The position numbers were made by a program, and so were the translations under genes. 64,000 nt of DNA from a bacterium (GTDB lineage: Bacteria > Patescibacteriota > JABMPQ01 > JBDRIV01), in NCBI GenBank assembly GCA_043815505.1, contig JBDRIV010000002.1:11484-75483 (forward strand), in the 5' to 3' direction. The notes beneath the pieces are model-generated. The model ran no database searches and was not told the origin of the DNA. It was given only the letters and a program-made list of their open reading frames with translations. Below are positions 60,868 to 64,000 of the stretch, piece by piece. Every line of letters begins with the position of its first letter. The stretch's first letter is position 1.

Positions 60868-62064
60868 CTATTCTAATGGAAGCGAATATGCCTTGCCATC
60901 GTTACGAGCTGTAAAATATAAAGTTTTTTGATCAGGTGAGACATTTAGGTTAGTAGCATCTTTAGGTTGTTCAAAAGCGGTGTAATGGGCAATCTGAGTT
61001 TTACTACCTGATTCAGAATCAATTTTGATAAAGGAGTCTCGGGTTAGAACTTTGCCACTAAAATAATCATCAGGCATTATAGCGTTTTGAGAAATGAAAT
61101 CTGGTACGGCGCAATAAACAGTTTTGTTGTCAGAGGCAAATGCACACTTTGATGCTAGGGTTGGGGTTTTTAGGTCAACTTCATTTTCACCATTGCTTTT
61201 AGAAGTAAATAGGTATAGTGTGCTGGATCTTTTACCAGTTCGGCTGTAAACAAGACGAGATCCGTCTGGTGACCACTTGGCATCAGTACCATAACCTTCC
61301 GATGTTACCACATTAAAAGAACCGTCTAAATTAACTGAATAAATTGAATTGCCTTGTGAGCCCGTGCCTTTGTTCCAGTATCCGATATAATCGGATTGAT
61401 ACCAATTTATAGAGGGGTTTTGAATGCCAACTTCTTTAATAACTTTCCAGTTGGTGCCATCAGGGTCGGCAACAGAAATGTTAGTTACATTATTATCAGG
61501 ATCATAATATTGGTAAGCAATTTTTGATCCGTCAGGTGAAAAAGTTACATTTTTTACCTCTTCCACAAAAACTTGTTCGGCACCGGTTTCTAGATTCAAA
61601 ATAATTTCTCGGTAATTTCCATCTTTGTCTTTGAGCGAGAAGGCTGCCATTTTACCATCAGTTGACCATTGAATGTCAGAAACTGGTAAATAAACGGCAT
61701 TAGAAATTTCTTTAGGATTGGTACCGTCAGCATTAGCTTTATAAAATTGATTTTCTGCTTCATCATAATAGTAGAAAGTTTTACCATCAGAAGTCCAAGC
61801 TCCCTTGGCAGCTTTTTCTGTAACTTTGCCAAAATCATAACTTTTTTCCGTTTCTTCAATCACTTGAGAAGTGGTGTTATTATCAGAAATGTTTCTCGGA
61901 ATTACATCACCTTCTTCTGCTAAAGTTAATTCTCCGCTAGTACCATCTGTATTAGTGTTGGTTTCAGAAGTAGAGTTGCGATTAGAAATTATATAAACAG
62001 CTATCGCTACAAATATTAAAGTAACAATAATTATGATAATAGCGATGAGGAGTTTTTTATTCAT
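60868..62064 (-). CDS. Membrane-anchored TolB-like / PD40 beta-propeller protein
   Basis: N-terminal TM; motifs FSPDGSKIAYQY and WSPDGSRLVYSR. Confidence 0.6.
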   Translation of the reverse strand: MNKKLLIAIIIIIVTLIFVAIAVYIISNRNSTSETNTNTDGTSGELTLAEEGDVIPRNISDNNTTSQVIEETEKSYDFGKVTEKAAKGAWTSDGKTFYYYDEAENQFYKANADGTNPKEISNAVYLPVSDIQWSTDGKMAAFSLKDKDGNYREIILNLETGAEQVFVEEVKNVTFSPDGSKIAYQYYDPDNNVTNISVADPDGTNWKVIKEVGIQNPSINWYQSDYIGYWNKGTGSQGNSIYSVNLDGSFNVVTSEGYGTDAKWSPDGSRLVYSRTGKRSSTLYLFTSKSNGENEVDLKTPTLASKCAFASDNKTVYCAVPDFISQNAIMPDDYFSGKVLTRDSFIKIDSESGSKTQIAHYTAFEQPKDATNLNVSPDQKTLYFTARNDGKAYSLPLE

Positions 62065-62094
62065 ATATTTGTTTTACTTATTTGATGAAGCTTT

Positions 62095-62556
62095 TTAAGG
62101 GTTGGTTGGTGGATCACTAGGAGGTAGATCTAAGCTAGCGGGTTTTAATTCAACAAGACGATCATCAAGTATATTTAATAAAGTATAAGAAATCAGAGCG
62201 ATTACCACACCAGAAACAGCCGCGCCAATTATTTGTTTGGCCTTTTGAATTGCTTCGGGATTACCAGCAGCTGTGGTCCATAAAACACCAGCCTGTACAA
62301 TTGCCGCCATAGCAATGGCAATTACAATTCCCACTCCCCACTGATAAGCTTGTTTTATCCAGAGGGCAACATTAGAATTACTAAACCAAGGAGTCCATTG
62401 ACCATGGGCGGTAAGAGGAAAAACAAATATAACCAAAAATACGACATACACCATAATTCTGGCCAGCATTGGTTTATTTATTAATATAATTTTGGTTTTA
62501 TTGAAAATTTTCTTCATAACTCTTTTTAATATACCACAAAATGTGTTATTTATCAA
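62095..62556 (-). CDS. TrbC/VirB2-like pilin-family membrane protein (putative)
   Basis: Signal/TM segment followed by two hydrophobic helices, AIAMAAIVQAGVLW...AAVSGVVIALISYTLL; this resembles conjugative (T4SS) pilin topology. Confidence 0.3.
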   Translation of the reverse strand: MINNTFCGILKRVMKKIFNKTKIILINKPMLARIMVYVVFLVIFVFPLTAHGQWTPWFSNSNVALWIKQAYQWGVGIVIAIAMAAIVQAGVLWTTAAGNPEAIQKAKQIIGAAVSGVVIALISYTLLNILDDRLVELKPASLDLPPSDPPTNP

Positions 62557-64000
62557 TGGGTTTTTTCTTGTTTCGTTGTATGGCCGTAAAGATTAAAATC
62601 AAAACCAACAAGCTAGCTACAATTAAAAATATTGTAAAAATGCTTTGGTAATAAGGTGAAATAAAGGCAGTTAAGCCACCAATTAAAGTTTGGTTTTTAG
62701 CAACCACATAACTATCGGGATCATCAGAAATTATAAAAGTTATTTTTTCATTACTGCCATAATATCTTTCTTGACCAGCAGGTCCAATGCCATCAAGAAC
62801 GCTTAAGGAAACACTGTTAGTTGACCCAATGTCACTGGTTGTAAATCTGAAGCTATCCAAAACGCTCGCTAGATTTATAGGATTAGGATTTCCCATACCA
62901 TCATTATCGGTGTAAGAATTATTTAGACGCCAGTCGTATTTGTAATCTTGAGCACCAGTTTGCCTAGCTGGTATAAATCTGGCAATCATTTCCACAGTAA
63001 CTTCAGTATTGGGAGGAACAATATATTTTGGTGCGCCCAATTCTGTTCCTATAACAACCAGGCCACTGGCTTCTACATTATGAATAGCAACATCAGGATC
63101 GGTAACATTAATTCTAATTGATTCACGGGCAAAAACCTCTTGTGAGCCAGCAAAGTAAGCGGTAAAAATAAGCAAATGATGATTGCCAGGATTCTTTTTA
63201 GTAACTAAGCGATAAGAATCACCATCATCACCCAGAGGAACAAAACGTTCGCCTTCATCACCCATCACGATTGCTTCACCTGCTCCATCTAAATCCCAAC
63301 CGTACAATATGTCTCGATCGGTATCATAACAATTGGAAAGTGTTTCTGAAAAACTGGCGTTCACTTCAACTATGTCACCTTTGCGAACACCATCATTCAT
63401 GTGTCCAACATATTCATCGCCCGTTAAACCTAAATCGTTGCGTAAATAATCAAACCACAAATCTCGACCTTCAACATAAGGAGGATCTTCTAACTCTCCT
63501 CCTGCCCCAAGAACGGATGGACCTATCATGCGAATATTAAAATCAATATTAGTGGAAATAGGAACGGTAATTTTACCAGAAGCCAACTGCTGATCCTTGG
63601 TTTTATAAACATCAGCTGTTACTTCAATTGGTTTATTGGGAGCATTGCCATCACAGACATTCTCTTCATTAATAAATGTTAAGGATTGTCTACCAAAACC
63701 AGATTTATCAATTTGATAGTCACCATTTATATACCAATCGTAATAAAGTTGATCGCCATTACCACCATTTTCTATATTGGTGGTCACGGTAACCTTATCA
63801 CCATTTTTGGAAAATTCTGGATCGGCAAAAAGATGAACTTCTATAGGATCACCAGTAGAAAGTTTAATAATCTTTTCAGTGTCGGCTCTTCTTCTGATAG
63901 GAAAACCGCTTCGTTGTTCATTTTTTCCCTTTTCCCACTCTGCTGTTTGTCCAAAAGTGTGACCTTGAAACTCTAAATAATCAAGGTCGGGATCATCAGG
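62546..64000 (-). CDS. Large surface protein with a C-terminal TM anchor; 5'-partial, the ORF continues in-frame beyond the window end
   Basis: Reading back from the annotated start at 63787, the frame stays open to 64000 (...PDDPDLDYLEFQGHTFGQ...). C-terminus FTIFLIVASLLVLILIFTAIQRNKKK. Confidence 0.6.
   Translation of the reverse strand, partial: PDDPDLDYLEFQGHTFGQTAEWEKGKNEQRSGFPIRRRADTEKIIKLSTGDPIEVHLFADPEFSKNGDKVTVTTNIENGGNGDQLYYDWYINGDYQIDKSGFGRQSLTFINEENVCDGNAPNKPIEVTADVYKTKDQQLASGKITVPISTNIDFNIRMIGPSVLGAGGELEDPPYVEGRDLWFDYLRNDLGLTGDEYVGHMNDGVRKGDIVEVNASFSETLSNCYDTDRDILYGWDLDGAGEAIVMGDEGERFVPLGDDGDSYRLVTKKNPGNHHLLIFTAYFAGSQEVFARESIRINVTDPDVAIHNVEASGLVVIGTELGAPKYIVPPNTEVTVEMIARFIPARQTGAQDYKYDWRLNNSYTDNDGMGNPNPINLASVLDSFRFTTSDIGSTNSVSLSVLDGIGPAGQERYYGSNEKITFIISDDPDSYVVAKNQTLIGGLTAFISPYYQSIFTIFLIVASLLVLILIFTAIQRNKKKPIDK

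Overview
This is a low-GC (~35-40%) bacterial contig whose gene content and architecture resemble a Candidate Phyla Radiation (Patescibacteria) genome: small genes, weak Shine-Dalgarno usage, type IV pilus genes and rRNA genes carrying protein-coding insertions. Positions 1-12,800 hold a minus-strand rRNA region: 16S rRNA (approx. 10314-12772), tRNA-Ile(GAT), tRNA-Ala(TGC), a ~3.3 kb spacer with small Cys-rich/HNH-type ORFs, then the 5' ~5.6 kb of a 23S rRNA gene that runs off the window start. The 23S gene carries at least three group-I-type introns with single-motif LAGLIDADG homing endonuclease ORFs, two of them separated by a ~20-nt mini-exon at the classical L1923/L1931 hot spot; it also has an embedded GIY-YIG ORF and two ~110-bp palindromic insertions. 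The 16S gene carries a ~930-bp intron with a fourth LAGLIDADG ORF near the decoding-centre sequence, plus a palindromic insertion in V3. Positions 12,800-64,000 encode ordinary housekeeping genes plus several mobile-looking features, listed here in map order:
- clpP, cdaA-cdaR, nrnA, rbfA, infB, an 873-aa smc-like gene, rpsP, a KH-domain protein gene, trmD, rny-ymdB and hup
- a pilBCMNO type IV pilus operon
- korAB (2-oxoacid:ferredoxin oxidoreductase)
- tRNA-Gly, tRNA-Pro, tRNA-Arg, tRNA-Lys and tRNA-Ser
- an FG-GAP protein followed by four prepilin-type genes, three of them about 500 aa
- a ferredoxin gene, recG, mpg and radA
- a cluster of two TolB-like beta-propeller genes plus a TrbC-like gene and a large surface-protein gene
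- an HTH-LAGLIDADG gene abutting tRNA-Gly, a histone-like K/A-repeat protein and two GC-rich islands.
Three dispersed repeat families are visible by eye:
- family A: CCCCGCYCCAGTTTT...AAAACTGGRGCGGGG palindromic elements in short and ~110-bp forms, inside rRNA, introns, homing-endonuclease ORFs and intergenic DNA
- family C: ~100-bp intergenic elements bounded by CCNGGTAGTACAA / TTGTACTACCNGG inverted repeats
- family D: a ~125-nt structured element with a covarying 11-bp stem, in three copies, one of which interrupts the anticodon loop of a tRNA-Ile paralog.
Several tRNA genes are flanked by partial pseudo-copies that carry small GC-rich hairpin insertions. All coordinates for RNA genes, introns and repeats are approximate and were derived by eye.
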